Shown here: positions 1 through 13,072 of the stretch, in pieces
Position numbering within the stretch: the first letter of the stretch is position 1
How the letters are laid out: each line of letters begins with the position of its first letter
DNA from: Rhizodiscina lignyota
Taxonomy: Eukaryota
Length of the DNA stretch: 64,000 nt
Assembly (NCBI GenBank): GCA_010015805.1
Contig: ML978123.1
Span: 2,294,001 to 2,358,000, forward strand
Direction: 5' to 3'
The notes under the pieces: model-generated
Databases searched by the model: none
Seen by the model: the letters and a program-made list of their open reading frames with translations, nothing else
What the model was told of the DNA's origin: nothing
Made by a program: the position numbers and the translations under genes

Positions 1-1567
1 TGCCGAGGCAGGCGGCCGTCTTCTCCGCGACATAGGCCCAGCTGATGCGCTCCTGGCGCGGGTACTCCAGCTCGTAGACCAACGTGGGCAGACAGACCCA
101 GTCAGCCCAGTTGGCAACAGTCAGATTAGACGGATACGTGTTGCGCGTATCAGTGCACTTCCCATCAAGCTCCTCGGAGAGGCGCTGGCGCTCATTTTGC
201 AGAACTCGTTCAAATGCCTCCATCTGGGATTGATCAAGTGACGAGCCGGCCTCGATGGCGGATGCAATGGATGACACTTCAGACTTCTCCTTGGCGAGGT
301 TCGTGGATGCCGCGGAGGGATTGGACTGGCCGCGACGACGGGTAGTTTGTGTCGGTGTGGCCTCGGAGTTGGGAGAAGCGGCGTCGTCTAGGGCGCTCGA
401 GAAAGAAAATGGAGGCTTGGTCTGTGTGGTTGGGCTGGCGACGGGGGACATCTGGCCTAGTTGGCGGAGTTTGTGTTCTACTATTCGCTTACGTCGGTAG
501 ACTTGTGATACTGAAGGATTTGTTAGCCAAGGAAATAGAGGAGTAAATGAGCAATTCTCACGGTAGCCGTTGTAAAAGGCATAACTGTGCTGTTTCATGA
601 GAAAAACGAGACCATGGAGGACGGTGAAAATCGTATGAGTCCACGGCCATTCTCGATAGTATGTCCACCATATCACTGCTCCGAGGTAGAAAGACTGCCA
701 TAGGTTCTGGATGATCCATCCGCTGCTATTCCAGCTGAGATAGCCTTTTGCTATTATCTTTTGCAGTAGCACCCCTACCATTGTGCTAGCACACATGACG
801 CCGTCTGTAACTCCCAGCATAAGCAACTCTCGGTCCGTCATCATGTGCAGAATCTCAGCTCGTCCGAGAATGCTCCCATAGTCTCTCCAATTGTGTGTCG
901 CGATTCTGAGTAAGAGCATGAACATGCACAGCCAGAAGAGCGTGAAGAAGCCATAAAATGGCGACTCGCTACTGAGCGGGTTCTGACGGTCAAAGGTGGT
1001 GAATTGTCTTGTAAACACAAGGTCCCGAAACCTCTTGCGCTTCTTCGGATCGATCGACTCTTGCTCGATGGTGTGCCGCAGTATATCTCGAATCTCCGGA
1101 TCCTCCGCCGTCAAGACATAACGTCCTTTCTTATCTGTCTTCTCTAACACGACATGTATGCTTTTCCGCCGCTTGAGCTGTGGCTTGCCATTTGCCTCGT
1201 CCGAACGTGAGGAGCGTCGAATCTCGATAGCGCTTCTGATCTCGCCCGGCCCCGGGCTAGATGCCCTTGATCCATCCAGCGTATCAATTTTCAATTCTGC
1301 CTGATGTTCTACACCGGCCCCTCTGCTGCCAGACACGACAGCGCTGGCGTCTAGCTTCATGGTGTCATAGTCCTCTTCGTCAGAAGTACTCGAGGGCTCG
1401 CCGCTCCACTCCCCAGCGCTGTGCTCCAAGGAAGAAGGGTCGTGTTCGTCAAGCAATGAATCGAATGCGGCGCTGGAGCCATTTAATTGCGTATGGCCGT
1501 TAATATGGGGCGAGGTGGACATTGATGTCAGCTGCTCCTGAGTGTCTTTCCGCACGTCTCCAGCCAT
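1..1567 (-). CDS. ARE2: Sterol O-acyltransferase (ACAT/MBOAT family), 5' part; gene runs off the window start
   Basis: Not in the ORF track because it is open at the edge. Manual translation from ATG at 1567 (context gccgccATGG) gives ...RFRDLVFTRQFTTFDRQNPLSSESPFYGFFTLFWL... and, near the edge, YPSNLTVANWADWVCLPTLVYELEYPRQERISW, typical of fungal Are1/2. Confidence 0.88.
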   Translation of the reverse strand, partial: MAGDVRKDTQEQLTSMSTSPHINGHTQLNGSSAAFDSLLDEHDPSSLEHSAGEWSGEPSSTSDEEDYDTMKLDASAVVSGSRGAGVEHQAELKIDTLDGSRASSPGPGEIRSAIEIRRSSRSDEANGKPQLKRRKSIHVVLEKTDKKGRYVLTAEDPEIRDILRHTIEQESIDPKKRKRFRDLVFTRQFTTFDRQNPLSSESPFYGFFTLFWLCMFMLLLRIATHNWRDYGSILGRAEILHMMTDRELLMLGVTDGVMCASTMVGVLLQKIIAKGYLSWNSSGWIIQNLWQSFYLGAVIWWTYYREWPWTHTIFTVLHGLVFLMKQHSYAFYNGYRENCSFTPLFPWLTNPSVSQVYRRKRIVEHKLRQLGQMSPVASPTTQTKPPFSFSSALDDAASPNSEATPTQTTRRRGQSNPSAASTNLAKEKSEVSSIASAIEAGSSLDQSQMEAFERVLQNERQRLSEELDGKCTDTRNTYPSNLTVANWADWVCLPTLVYELEYPRQERISWAYVAEKTAACLG

Positions 1568-2234
1568 GGCGGCGTGTTTGTGTTGTTCCACTTCTGTGAT
1601 TTTAAGGTCTGACGCAAAACTTGCAAGTGGCCCCCGGCGCAAGGATGAATCCCGGCGGCCGCCTGCGTTACTTCAAAGGTGTTGCGTGGATGTGGAGCTC
1701 GCGTGCTCTGCGGAGGAAAGTATTAGGCGCATTACTCGAGCTTAAGCTCAGGTCTTACGACATGATCGGAAGAGCGCGGAGGTGAGAAGGATTCAGGGCG
1801 GAGGCCCGAGTGCGCCGAGGCGCAATTGACATACGTAGAGCAATCATGATGAAGGCAGCTATGCCATGAATTTTGGAGCACATCTATACTACGCGCGGCG
1901 TGGGTTGCGACCGCTGATTGAGTCGGTGATGCATTAGCCGGTCCAACAATGACGCTACCCCTGCCTGCCTGCACTTTAGGCTCTTGGGCTGCACCTGCAT
2001 TTCCTTTTCGGGACCGGAGATTTTGCAGTGTGAAAATGCCACATGTCTCAGCCAAAGCCGATAGATTCTACCGCTGTCTACTTTGAAGCGAAAGCAGATG
2101 TTCACGAAACTTGGAGGTCGTCTCTGCGGAGCGCTATATACAGTACAAGAAGCCGTAGAGTGACCATCCAGTCGCGGCTACCCTTCATAGCGTGAGCTCG
2201 CCCAGTGTCCAAAATGAAGAAATTCGTAAACGCC

Positions 2235-4003
2235 TTAATTAGGCATAGGCTTGTGACAATTCAACAATGCATCGACATCGCGTATGCCAGCAAGGTTGCC
2301 TTCCTTCGCCCTCTTCAGCGTCAGTGCCGCAATCAATGCAGCGCCTACACCAGAACCGTCCTCGGCGGCCATTATCACGATCGGGTCTTTCTTCACCTCT
2401 TTGCCCCATCCGAAGATATCCCTCAGAGCTTGTGCGCCTCGTGCCTTGAAATGTGGATACTTGTTGAATACTGAACCGTCTGCACCTACGTGGCACGCAG
2501 TGTAGCCCTTCTTCTTGCAGATGGCAGCAATACCGCACGCGGAGAGACGTGCTGCGCGTGTGCCAATAAGTTCGGCGAGACGCCGACAGAGTTCGAGTTC
2601 GGGCTTTGTACATGACAAGTTGAGCTTGTGGTGGAAGAGGTCAGACGTTTCCGACAAGTTTTCGAACGGGTCTCTGTTCAGCGGTTCAGCAAAGCAATTC
2701 ATCCTCGTAATGTGCTGTGCCAGTGCTTACTCTTCGATGGCAGAGAGGAATGACGCATCAAGGCAATACGGTCTCTGAAGCTTTGACATGTCCTGGCCCT
2801 GGAATATTTCAACATCGGGATTTTGATGTAGGTCCAGCAGAACCAGGCGGAACAGCTCTCCCAAGTACAGCCCAGCAATCATCTTCTCAAACGCCTGTTG
2901 GCCAGGCCGCGGCGACTCCTTGTCAATGATCACGTCGTATGGGGTTCGGGGGAGAATGACATGTTCATTGTCGAATGCACCGTACTCGCAGTTGATGGCC
3001 ATAGGGTGGTCAGGGTTGAGGTTCATGTGCGCCAGCTTGGGTATGCTGCCGCAGTTCTCCATATACGCAGCGTTGCAGCCAGTACCAAAGATGGCACCGA
3101 TCTTCATTTCGGTATCCGTGTATGCAGAGGCGATGAGGGTTCCAGTGGTATCGTTAATCAGCGCTGTAAGTTTGATAGGTAGACCCTACCTCCTGATCAG
3201 CAAACCGAAGGATCTGCGCCAGCGACATAACTTCAAGAATGGAAACATACCCTTTCCGCCAACGCAGCTTCGAAGGGAGGGACAACATCCTGTCCTTCTA
3301 CACCAGCAATGTCAAACCCCTTCGTCCACCTTTGCAGAATGCCATGGTTAATGTATTCCTGTGTCGCTGGATAGGAGAAGGTAAAGCCCAGTGGTAATTG
3401 GGGCAAGTCCTCGCCTTCGTGGTGATACTCGATGAACTGTTGGAGACAATCCGCAATGTACCCCCAGAGCTCCTCTGCTGTGCCAGTCTTCAACTCCTCC
3501 GGCATCTTGTACTTTGATTGTATGATGTCGAATTCGCCCTTCTCTTCTGTCAGGGTGATCTCGCACACTCGCAAATTTGTGCCTCCCATATCTAGCGCGA
3601 GGAAGGTTCCCTCTTCGTGGCCATCGGGGAATGCCATACACCAGGTAGGGTTCATTGGCTGGATGGTGTCAACGATGGACAGAACGACTGTGGTGAAGCT
3701 TGGAGACTCACGATACTTCCTCCTTCTTTAGAGAGACCTTAAAAATCTGGTTAGTAATGGCGCAAGTGCAATGGCTAGAAGTAGCATACCTTTCTCGAGC
3801 TCCTTGACGAAGTGATCGGAGATTGCGATGAGCTTCTCCTTCGAAACGCTAAACAATTCCTCCAGTCGCTCGATCTGCGCGAGGAGGTCCTTTGGCACAT
3901 CGGCCATAGACCCTGAGACCCATCAATTCCTCTATTTCGTATCGCAATTCGCATCGCGGGGATGGTGGGGCTTACCCTTGCGGGATGGCGGTTTCCTGAC
4001 CAT
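2235..4003 (-). CDS. hxkA: Hexokinase, multi-exon
   Basis: N-terminus MVRKPPSRKG|SMADVPKDL after splicing (introns 3913-3975, 3738-3789, 3659-3711, plus two more downstream). Motifs LALDMGGTNLRV, LPLGFTFSYP, WTKGF, IFGTGCNAAY, INCEYGAFD, ADGSV, AEDGSGVGAALIAA. Confidence 0.96.
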
Positions 4004-5456
4004 GGTCGCGGATGTCTAAGAGATTTGGAGGGATCGGAAGCTGGAGAGTGAGAGGAAAGTCAAGTGGAACTGACGACAAGAAGTCGGAAGCGGTTTTGTT
4101 TGGCCTGCTGAACCACTAAATTCCGCAGGGGTCAGAGCTATGCTATGGTGGGATGTTGAGCACGGAGCCGATGACGGGAACTTGAGGTATTGTATATATG
4201 GGTCCCACAATTTCAGCGGCGGAATTCTTGCAATCCTTGCGTCACGGAACGGAGGCGTGGAAAGTTCTAATTGCTACTTTTCGAGCGAGCGGAGTCGATA
4301 TATACGAATTTTCGCATCAGATGCGCGTCTAACAAACAAATTCGGGCTAGGTAATGACAAAGGGCAGCTTCGTCCAACGAGCGGGATTACGGAGAGAGCT
4401 GGACTGCTTAGTGAGCTAATTTCTTGCACCAGACGCCGAGCGCATCGTGACGCCCACCACCAAGCATTCATTTTCGTGACTAGCTTGTTATGACTCTGGG
4501 CCGCCTTTGTAAGTCTCTCAAATATGTTTCGTCAAAGAATGGCCTTCCAAAACGACCGTGACGATACGCTCACAAGCCGAGTCCAGCAACTGCTTTGGTC
4601 AGTCGCAGTGCAATCATCGGTAGCCTAGAGCAAGGAGCCGAAAGAGTTCCGGGCAGACGTAAACATTCGATTGGAGCTTCACCTGAAACCGTTTCCTTTT
4701 TGGCATTTCGTCTCGAAATTTAGCGAACTGTTTCGGGCGCGCTCTCATGTCGTCGAGAGTTCCAGATTTCCTTCATCGCTTTGTGCCTGTGTTTGAGACA
4801 TCCACACCCAAGAGAGACTCATCCGTCATACCAGTTCCTTCTATGAGATTGTAGTCCACGAAATGATATCCCTGAAGGTGAATTGGGATGTAGAGGAGAC
4901 CAAGGCGCCTTGAACACGTGGCCATTCTTGTTTCAGGGCAAGCGACAAGCCTCGAAACAGTACGAAGCGCGGTCGGAAATAGAAAGATAAATGTGACTAT
5001 GACATGCCAATCCTAATGATATCAAGAGAATAGAGCTATTCTCACTGGCTGCGACCAGAAACGAAAGGAGCTGGAAACTGATAGCATTTGGCATTAATAG
5101 CGACGGCAGCAGTTCGCTCAGCTCCCCAAGGAGATGGCTTAGAGTCTTTTGACGTTGCCGAAGAGCGAGTATCGAGTCCATCCGCACCTATTCGTAGAGA
5201 GCACGTGCGTCGAAAAGCCACAAATATGCCGGAGAGACAGACTGGTCTCTCTCGCGCACTATGTTCGACCGTATGCCGTAAATGCGATTGGGATTGAGCG
5301 TCGAGCGCCGTTGGGCTGCCACCCAATGCTTCACCATGCCCGCAATAGGCTTCCTTGCTGTCTCTTGATGGGTGCCGCTGCCCAATTCGGCGACCAAATC
5401 TCCAGCATCATGGCGAGGCGCAAACTGGTAGACAAGCTTCCAGCCATGACAACCTC

Positions 5457-6185
5457 TCAACCTCTCCCCTCCACATACCCGACCACACTCCCAACCCTCT
5501 CCACCTTCGCCCTCGTCTCCCCCAAGCTCCCCTTCAGCGCCACCAGCCCCTCCGCGCCCCTCTCCCACGTCCTCTTGACGTCGTCCCAGCGCTCCAGCGC
5601 GGCCACATCGAGCTCAATCCTGCTCTCCACGGCCTGCTTCACAGCCTCCTCTTCCGCATCTCGCGCCTCCTTATCCAGCATCTCCGATTCGTGCAGAAAC
5701 TGTGCCTCAAAGGTCGTCGCCGCAGCAGCCGGCGCGGTGCGTCTCAAGTCGGCGACGCGCTCCGTCAGCGCCTCTTTCTGCGCTTCCAGCGCGCGAATGC
5801 GGTCCGCGAGTCTGTGGTCGAACGGCTCGAGATCTGCGCCTTGCAATCAGCCACCCACTCCACACATCAGCATGAGAAGGCAACCAAACTCACCGTCCTC
5901 AACCCCACCCATCCGCACATCCCCCTCGCTCCCCTCCGCGGCATCAATCCCGTTGACCCGCACATTCATCCGCACGCCCTCCCACAGACTCTTCACGTAT
6001 CCATCAACAAGCTCCTCCACCCGTCTGCGCAGCTTGTCTTCTTCGCCAGCGGGCGCTGCGGCGGGCGGCAGCGCGCGGTCGATCTTGTCGCGTGCGCTGC
6101 GCGACATGTGCGAGTGGATGTAGGCGAGGTCGGCGGGCGACTGGAGGTCGATTTTGCGGTGCTCGGAGCGCGCGGCGGTTGCCAT
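5457..6185 (-). CDS. NSL1: Kinetochore MIND/Mis12-complex subunit Mis14/Nsl1-like, two exons
   Basis: ORFs 5847-6185 and 5457-5846 join through a GTGAGT...GCTGAT...AAG intron. HRKIDLQSPADLAYI...LRRRVEELVD...NG and EPFDHRLADRI...VADLRRTAP match the fungal Mis14 pattern as recalled. Confidence 0.75.
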
Positions 6186-6810
6186 GCTTGCTGTTTCTCA
6201 GAATACCGCCGATTCGCTTGTGTGGATGATGTATAGACGATTAGGATGGTGCAGAGAGACGCGCGAAGGTGTGAATGTAAACTAAGTTCGCAATGTTTTG
6301 ACTTATCCAAAATAGGGTAAGCGCCGTATTCTTAGCTGGTCGCGGGGTAGGGGTTACGCTTCGTGGCGAATAGCGGGGCAGGAGTGATGCTGCGATAAGA
6401 AGCTGCGTCTCCACGGAAGTGAACGGTATTTGTAGGGCATGAAATGATTGAGTCATTGAATATATCTATAAAGCTGTATTCTTTGGTATCCGCGCAATAA
6501 ATTCGTAATGAGTAGGGAGAGTTTCCATGTTCCGAGATGCCCGATACGCCTTGGCCCCGTTCTGCTTCGAGGTGCAGTAAAACAAAACCTCCCTGACCGA
6601 GAGTGATAGTAAGATAGATACCATGAGAGCAAGTCGCTGAGATTCGTCAAACCCAGCCTGTGCGATGCATATGCTCCATGCGAAAAACATCCAGGGAATG
6701 ATCCGAAAAAATGAAAGGATGTCGTAACCGCTGTTGCCTCATAGGCATCAAGCCGTCTCTAGAGCCGCCTTGTAGCAACAGCTATGATGAAAGTATCGAT
6801 AATGAAATGG

Positions 6811-7431
6811 CTACGAGGGTAGCAAGCTTGCGGCCTCCTCGTCTGTCAGGACAATGTCCTCAATCGGATCCGGCTTGTGCTCGAGATCGGTTGCGGACCC
6901 ATAGTCGTTCGCGTACGAGGGGAGGAAGATGTCTTGGTTCCAGTCGAAACCTTGCGATGAGCGGACACAGGTAATCTAGTGTGTGCACGAAACATCAGCG
7001 TCCTTGTAATTGAGTAGAATGAGTAGTTCGTCGCCGGAGTAGAAGGAGATGTAAGGCTAGCAAAGGTGCTAAGAGAGTACATACCAATCTCGGCGCATCC
7101 GCATTCCCGATATTGATGACTGTGTGCTCTGATTGCCGTATAGAAGAGCCTGCCAACGTTCAAATTAACCACCACATCTCATATATCTTCTACTGGGGCG
7201 ATGCATACTCAGCAAGCTCGGCCGCCGCAGGTGAGAGCTGCTCCAGCCTGACTCCTTCGAGCTCGAGCTCTGTGACGGGCTCGAGGACGATGCCGCGGCC
7301 GCAGCTGCACTCGACTCCGCGGGGCTCGAAAACGACGAGGAGCTCGATGCAGAGCTCTCCGGCGTCGCGGCGTCGTCGAAGGCCATGAGAAGGCGCTTCC
7401 GGCGCTTGGGGATGGCGATGGAGGAGCTCAT
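6811..7431 (-). CDS. Small Ser-rich hypothetical protein, 150 aa, three exons
   Basis: Exons 7431-7209, 7149-7085, 6975-6811 with GTATGC/GTATGT donors and CAG/TAG acceptors splice in frame to MSSSIAIPKRRKR...RRPSLLSSSIRQSEHTVINIGNADAPRLITCVRSSQGFDWNQDIFLPSY...IEDIVLTDEEAASLLPS*. Confidence 0.8.
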
Positions 7432-8560
7432 GGTCAATGGTTGTGTGACGCGGGCGGGAGGGTGAATGGAGAGGGGAATTGCTCCACTGCTGTATGCTTG
7501 GAGATGATTTTGCAGTGGTGGGCTCGCAGGACAGAAGCAGGTGTCAGAGTGAGCTGTGCCCTTGTGAGGTGTTGCTTGAAGATAGGCGGCGTGGCTAAAT
7601 GCCTCGGCCGGCTGATTGGCTTGATGAGTCAAGGTGCAGATGACGTCCCGGACCCTGCCCTGCAAACTCCAAAAGCGTGTTCGTGCAGTGAGGGATAACG
7701 GTGAAGGATGAGCATGCAGCTGTCAGGAACACGAAACACTGCCACAATCACCAGTCAGACGCTAATGGCTCACTTGTCTGGCTCAATTTCGACAAAACAG
7801 TCCATTGATGTACTTGGCGACCTTTTCCATTCGTCACAAAGGCCCTCCGCGGGGTCTTGTTTGACATTCCTAGATATCTGTCCGCTGAAAAAGTCATATT
7901 CCTATTCTTACAAAGACAAAAAAGGGAGTTGGCTTCCCATGCCTCTCCAGTTCCTTGTTGCAGATAAACCCAAAACCTTGGGACAAAGCCACGTTGACGT
8001 CGAATGCCTCCCCCACGCAGCACCACGCCGCCAAAACCGAACAAGAACACCAAATCCCCGGTCCAGCGGGTCCTCCAATGGGTCGCCGAACGAAGTTGCA
8101 AGAGAGCAAGAGACCGCTAGTCGAGACCAAAGCCATACGCCAGACAATAACAAACTAGTGGCGAGAATGATCGTCCGCAAAATGTAACACAGAGGAGAAA
8201 GGGGTATTAAAGAATCTAATGAGAGTGGTGTGAAAAGCATGATGTTTACCCATAAGTCCTTCCAAATCCTCTTCAGCCATAACGGACGTTTTGAACGTCT
8301 CCGCTCTGTGCCTGCCCCATGCCCCACGTGTTCCCACAGCAGAAATGAAACTCCAAGGGGTATACCCAAGTCCGTCGCAAGATCCAAGCGCCATTCCCGC
8401 TTCCAACTCCAAAGTTTCCTGTTGCCGACTGACGATGCCGATGCAATTGTAATTCTTGCGCCACATTCGTGTCCAATATCAATACGCTTGCCGCCACCGA
8501 TAAACCCATGTAGGTGTCGCCTGATATTCTGAATAAGCCGCCGGGCTGGTGTCGTCGACT

Positions 8561-11151
8561 TTACCAGGCTTTCTTTCGCGCGAATCGCTTGTTGAGTAAC
8601 GTGAGGACCTTGGAAACATTGAACTGAACATATTCGAGATCGAGATCCTCTTGGTTGTCCTTCTGCATCTCGAGTAGATCATCCAGCTTCAGGTCGAGCT
8701 CGAGCAATCCACGGTTTCGTCCTAATCTCCATTAGCGCCGGTGTCAAGCATGCTCAGTTTTGCAACTTACCCTTGTAGTGTAACGAAATGACAAAAGTGC
8801 CAGGCAATGGACTCGTGAAGTTGAAAAAGATGTTCGCTCTCCGGTTTTCTGGCACATTGCTTGTCTGAATGACACCAAGCCTCTCCAGTTCCTGATGCGT
8901 GAACTTGTACGGTCCGAGCACTTGATGTTTCTGTTGTTTGCGCGTCTTGCCTTCGCTTTGACTCCTGACATTGTGCAGATAGCTCTTGTACGTCTCCAGC
9001 TGGCTGATGAGATATGCATTGTGATCGCGGATGGTGCGGTAGACTTCCTCCAATTTTCGGGTCTCATCAACGACCTTCTCTCTCAAAGAGCCGAGGTGTA
9101 CGAGTTCCTGCTCAATTTCGTCGCGGAGAAGAGCAAAGCCATCGTCTTTGTCAATAACGCGCATCTCCTGCAGCGTGGTGAGAAGCTCCATACAGCGGAT
9201 GCCCTTTTTCACCATGACTGAATCGTTTTTCGTCGTCGCAGCGGCCTCTGCAATCCTTTCAAGCCTAAGAGGCCGTCGCGTGAGGCTGGTATTGCTCGGG
9301 AGTGTCCTCATGATCGTAACAAAAGTAGACTTTGCCTCCATGAAGAAAACTTCTTCTTGCGTAATGTCAAGGGCCGCAGTGAGATCGTCCAGGGGCGTTT
9401 CCCATTTTGAATACAAGGGAAGTGTGATCGCTCGATTCTCCTTCCGCGGCAGCTGAGAAGGAGCAGCACCAAGTTCACTGAGAAGGACGCTCAAATGCGA
9501 TGATTCGTCTTTGGCCTGGTCTAATATTAGCAAAACTCAACGAACATGTTATCGAATGAAAGACTCACCAAAGCCTCGCCATGCTTCTCAAGCAGCTGAT
9601 GGGTTGCGTAGACTTCATTTAGAGTGATTGAAAGCTCGAGATCCCGCTTCGACAAGGCAACGTAATTGTCCATCTCCAAGCTCTCGTAAAAGTCTTGCAC
9701 CTCACACAAATCCAGCAAGAACTTGTTGATACGCTCCTTGTTCTGGTGGATGAATGGCTGCAGCTTGACCATGTATGGCTCTTTCGCATAGCTCGGCTTG
9801 TTGGCCAGATTCTGCAGCATCTTCGCAACATACGTCAACGTCCGCCTAGGGTTCTCGCCAGGTGTGTTGTCGATCAACATGTACGACCTTGGCGTGACTA
9901 TCGCGGGATTGACAAAGCGAAGGAAAAAGAAGCCGCCAATGAGCGTGCAGATGGTGTGATCTTGAGCATCTGGATATTTCCGTTTTGACAAGCTTCTGAT
10001 TTGTTTGCATATCCACCGAATGCCGTATGGTGTCTCGTCAAGGTTGTCAATGATCGTGGAGAGGAAGGAGTTGCCAATCTCCATCAGCATCGTCAACCGG
10101 GGAGCGATGATTTGCTGGACTGTCTCATTCTCTGCCGCTTGCTCAGCTGTTACGCCCCTTGGCAGGTTCGGGGGTAAGGCTCCCTCTGTGGCTTCGATTT
10201 CTGTCACCATCTTCTCGTACACCTTCAATGGATTGATTTCGAGGTCAAGGTCTTTCAGCTCGATGAGCGAGTTGATGCGGTCAGCGAGAGTGACCTTGAG
10301 GTAGCTCTGACCGGGGCCTCGGCGCGTATACGTAGTCATCATTCGTGACACTGGTGTGTTTGCGCGGAGGAGGGAGGAGTAGTCTGGGGTGTTGTCGAAT
10401 TGATAGGTGAGAACAGACTGGATATCATTAGCAAGAGTCTTAGTTGTAGTAAATGGACATACTTGAAACATGGTCAGGAGCAAGTGCTCTTCGCGACTTT
10501 CGTACTGATTGCCATAGATGGTGAACATGACCGTCTGCAGCAGTGCATCGATTTCTGCCATGCTGACCAATCGGCAAAGGTGTGCAATATATCGCGGCTC
10601 GGATTGCAGGAGGAAAAGCAGGTTGCCGTATTTCTGAGTCTTCTCGTCGTTGGGGAAGAACCCTTCTTGAACTTCAGCATTTTGCTCAAGATGATCCGCT
10701 ACTTCTTCTCTCTGTCGGACTGTTAGCATAGCTCCACATGCTGGTTGATAAGTTCGCACCTCTTCCAAAGCCATGCGATTTTGAATCAAGAGCGCTATCC
10801 GTGAATCGAGGTATCGAACATCCTTCTCGAGGACAAAGTTCTTCTTTGATTGTGACGAAATCCGCGCCTTCAGTTCACGCAGTATCTTTTGGGCTGCAAA
10901 TGGATTAGCACGCTGTTATAAGGCTGGAACTTGTTGCCGTGCGTACCTCTTGCAAGATCGTCTTCAATCTCCAGGTCCTTCTCCTTCGCTGACATTGACA
11001 GATACAGTGCTGTAACAGAGTATCTTTTCGATTGTCGCATTGACCGCGATCCGTCGTGTGAAGACATTGTGTTCTGACGCGAAACTGGAATGAAGGATGA
11101 GGACGAGGAGGTGGATGCCCTGGAAGGGGCACTGAGCATGGCGACCGACAT
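8561..11151 (-). CDS. gapA: Ras GTPase-activating protein (RasGAP plus RasGAP-C; S. pombe Gap1 / Aspergillus GapA type)
   Basis: Arginine-finger region LLRANTPVSRM and GAP signature IGGFFFLRFVNPAIVTP...AKMLQNLAN; C-terminal KLDDLLEMQ...FNVSKVLTLLNKRFARKKAW* ends at 8561; several short canonical introns. Confidence 0.93.
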
Positions 11152-12822
11152 GTCGTTGACTCTGTCGAAGTAGAGGAAGAATTGGCAGTATTAAGAAATA
11201 CTAGTCGAGAGCTCTTGGCCGAGCTTGTGCAGTGGCGCAACGAAGGGTCGAAAGGTCGTTCGTCGGTTTGTCAAATTAAAGTTCGGGTCGTTGCGGCGCG
11301 TGGAGGACAAAGAACTAGGTCAGGCACGGAAGTACAACGTGAGCTCAGGTACCGATATGCCACCAAGCAAATTAGCAGATTTAGCTTGTCCAACAGTCGA
11401 CAAGCGAGCTGGCGTGATGAACCGCGGACTTTTGCGCACGACGGGATTCGATGCTTTGTGGGGGGTTTGCCGGCAAATAGTCAATGTTGCAGGAGGCAAC
11501 AGAGGGGGTGGGTGACGGTGGATTGATGGCGAACGCGACGTTGCGCAATCAACCCAAATCCTTGCGCTCCAGCGGGCCGGATGAAACAGATATGACAAGA
11601 TTAGTAGATGCGCTCGTCGAGCAAAGGAACAGTCGCAATGGTGATAGGCCGCGGGCCTAACCCCGATGGAATGTGTTATTGTACAACACGGCGAGCCTTA
11701 GGGTTTTGCAGTTGGCGGCGAAGCGGGGTGCGTGTGCGAAACAACAGCTGAACTCGGGGGATTGTTCGATGAGGAATTCGGAGGGCATTCCAAAAGGTGT
11801 GCAAGTCGTAGAAGTGTGCGACTGAGTGGGCGGGTTTTACGTTCAGACAGCAACGGCGCAGGCGGGAGGGAGCAGTCGCAGGCGAGAAGCTTGTCTTCAG
11901 GTCGGCAGCCAGGAGTTTTGTTTGAGACGGGTTTCACTTTTTCAGGAGACAAGCGCGGCCAGGGATTGCGAGAGAGGTGTGTGTTACCACCCAGGTCGAC
12001 AATTAAGGCACAGTCAGAGTCGAGTATTCGTATGCGTGCGACCGGAGGCGACTCTGGGGTAAAAAGAAAGTTTAGGTTTGGCACACGCGAAAGGGGAGTT
12101 GGTGGTTGTGCAGCAATAAGAGGCTTGCCAACGCCAGCTCGCGGCAAACCCCTGGCTGAGCTGGCTGTTCCCCAGGAATAGCGAAACCCAGTCACCAATA
12201 CACGCCGAGCTGGCCAAAGCTACCTAAGCCAAAGAACATCGATGCCCGATGCAGCGGTAGTGTCAATTCAAACCAGCGTCGGTTCTCTAACCTTCCGGAT
12301 AGCACTCTCTGCCCATCAGATGACCTCGTCGCGAGTAATTGTGCCTGGCGAAGAAATAAAAGCCCCCAAGAATGTTGTTAGACGGTAGACCAAGGTTCCT
12401 GGCTCCCGCAGCGCTGGTTAAAGATGTGGTGGTGCTCTGCCTTCTGCCGGCCTTCTACACAAGATAAATGGGGCGAAGTGTATCAGGCACACGCTCCCTG
12501 CTGCTCCGAAAGGCCTGGCGCCTCACCTCGATAAGCTTCGATAAGACTCCCCTCCTCCAAAATGCTCCTTACGGCCAGGCACACGAGCGAGATCTTCCTA
12601 CGCACGTCAAGTGCGCTTCCAAAACAGAAGCCGAATCGGCCGTATCCATCGCCCTCTCTCCTGTGTAAGCAAGCCACACCGCTGCCCCCTGGTTCTCCAA
12701 GCCGCTGCCATGCCCTGCTCAGACCACCTGTTTGCCCAATTCAGTCATGCGAGTCAACCCTGTTCTTCTTAACGATGTGGGTCTTTGCAGCAGGTTTAAT
12801 CGTCGTGTTGAAGGTATTCTAA

Positions 12823-13072
12823 TCGTAAGTGTTAGTAATAAAGGCTTGGCAGGCTCCCGCCCTGGCTTTGGGCTAGCCTAGGGGGGTTAACCTAGGCTCA
12901 AAGCCCCCTAGAATAATCGACTCAGCCAATCAGAGCCTAAAGATTGATATTACTATAACGATACATCCGATCCGCCGAGTCAATATTGGACAGTCAGGGA
13001 TGTATTCTTATCCCTCACTTAAATTTATAGTTTACAGCGCCCTGTATCGTTGACCGGAAGGCGTTCTTACGA
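12823..13072. mobile_element. Putative 250-bp repeat relic (solo-LTR-like or MITE-like), probably RIP-mutated
   Basis: Ends TCGTAAG (12823-29) and CTTACGA (13066-72) are exact inverted repeats, each flanked by CTAA. The interior is TpA-rich and has an internal inverted repeat at 12864-12905. Confidence 0.45.

Noticed and set aside
4500..5330. Possible decayed ORF upstream of hexokinase
   Set aside because: Frames are interrupted by stops and resemble nothing I recognise.
5149..6236. Long plus-strand ORFs of 324 aa and 293 aa
   Set aside because: Antisense shadows of the GC-rich Mis14/Nsl1 gene; low-complexity translations with no recognisable motifs.
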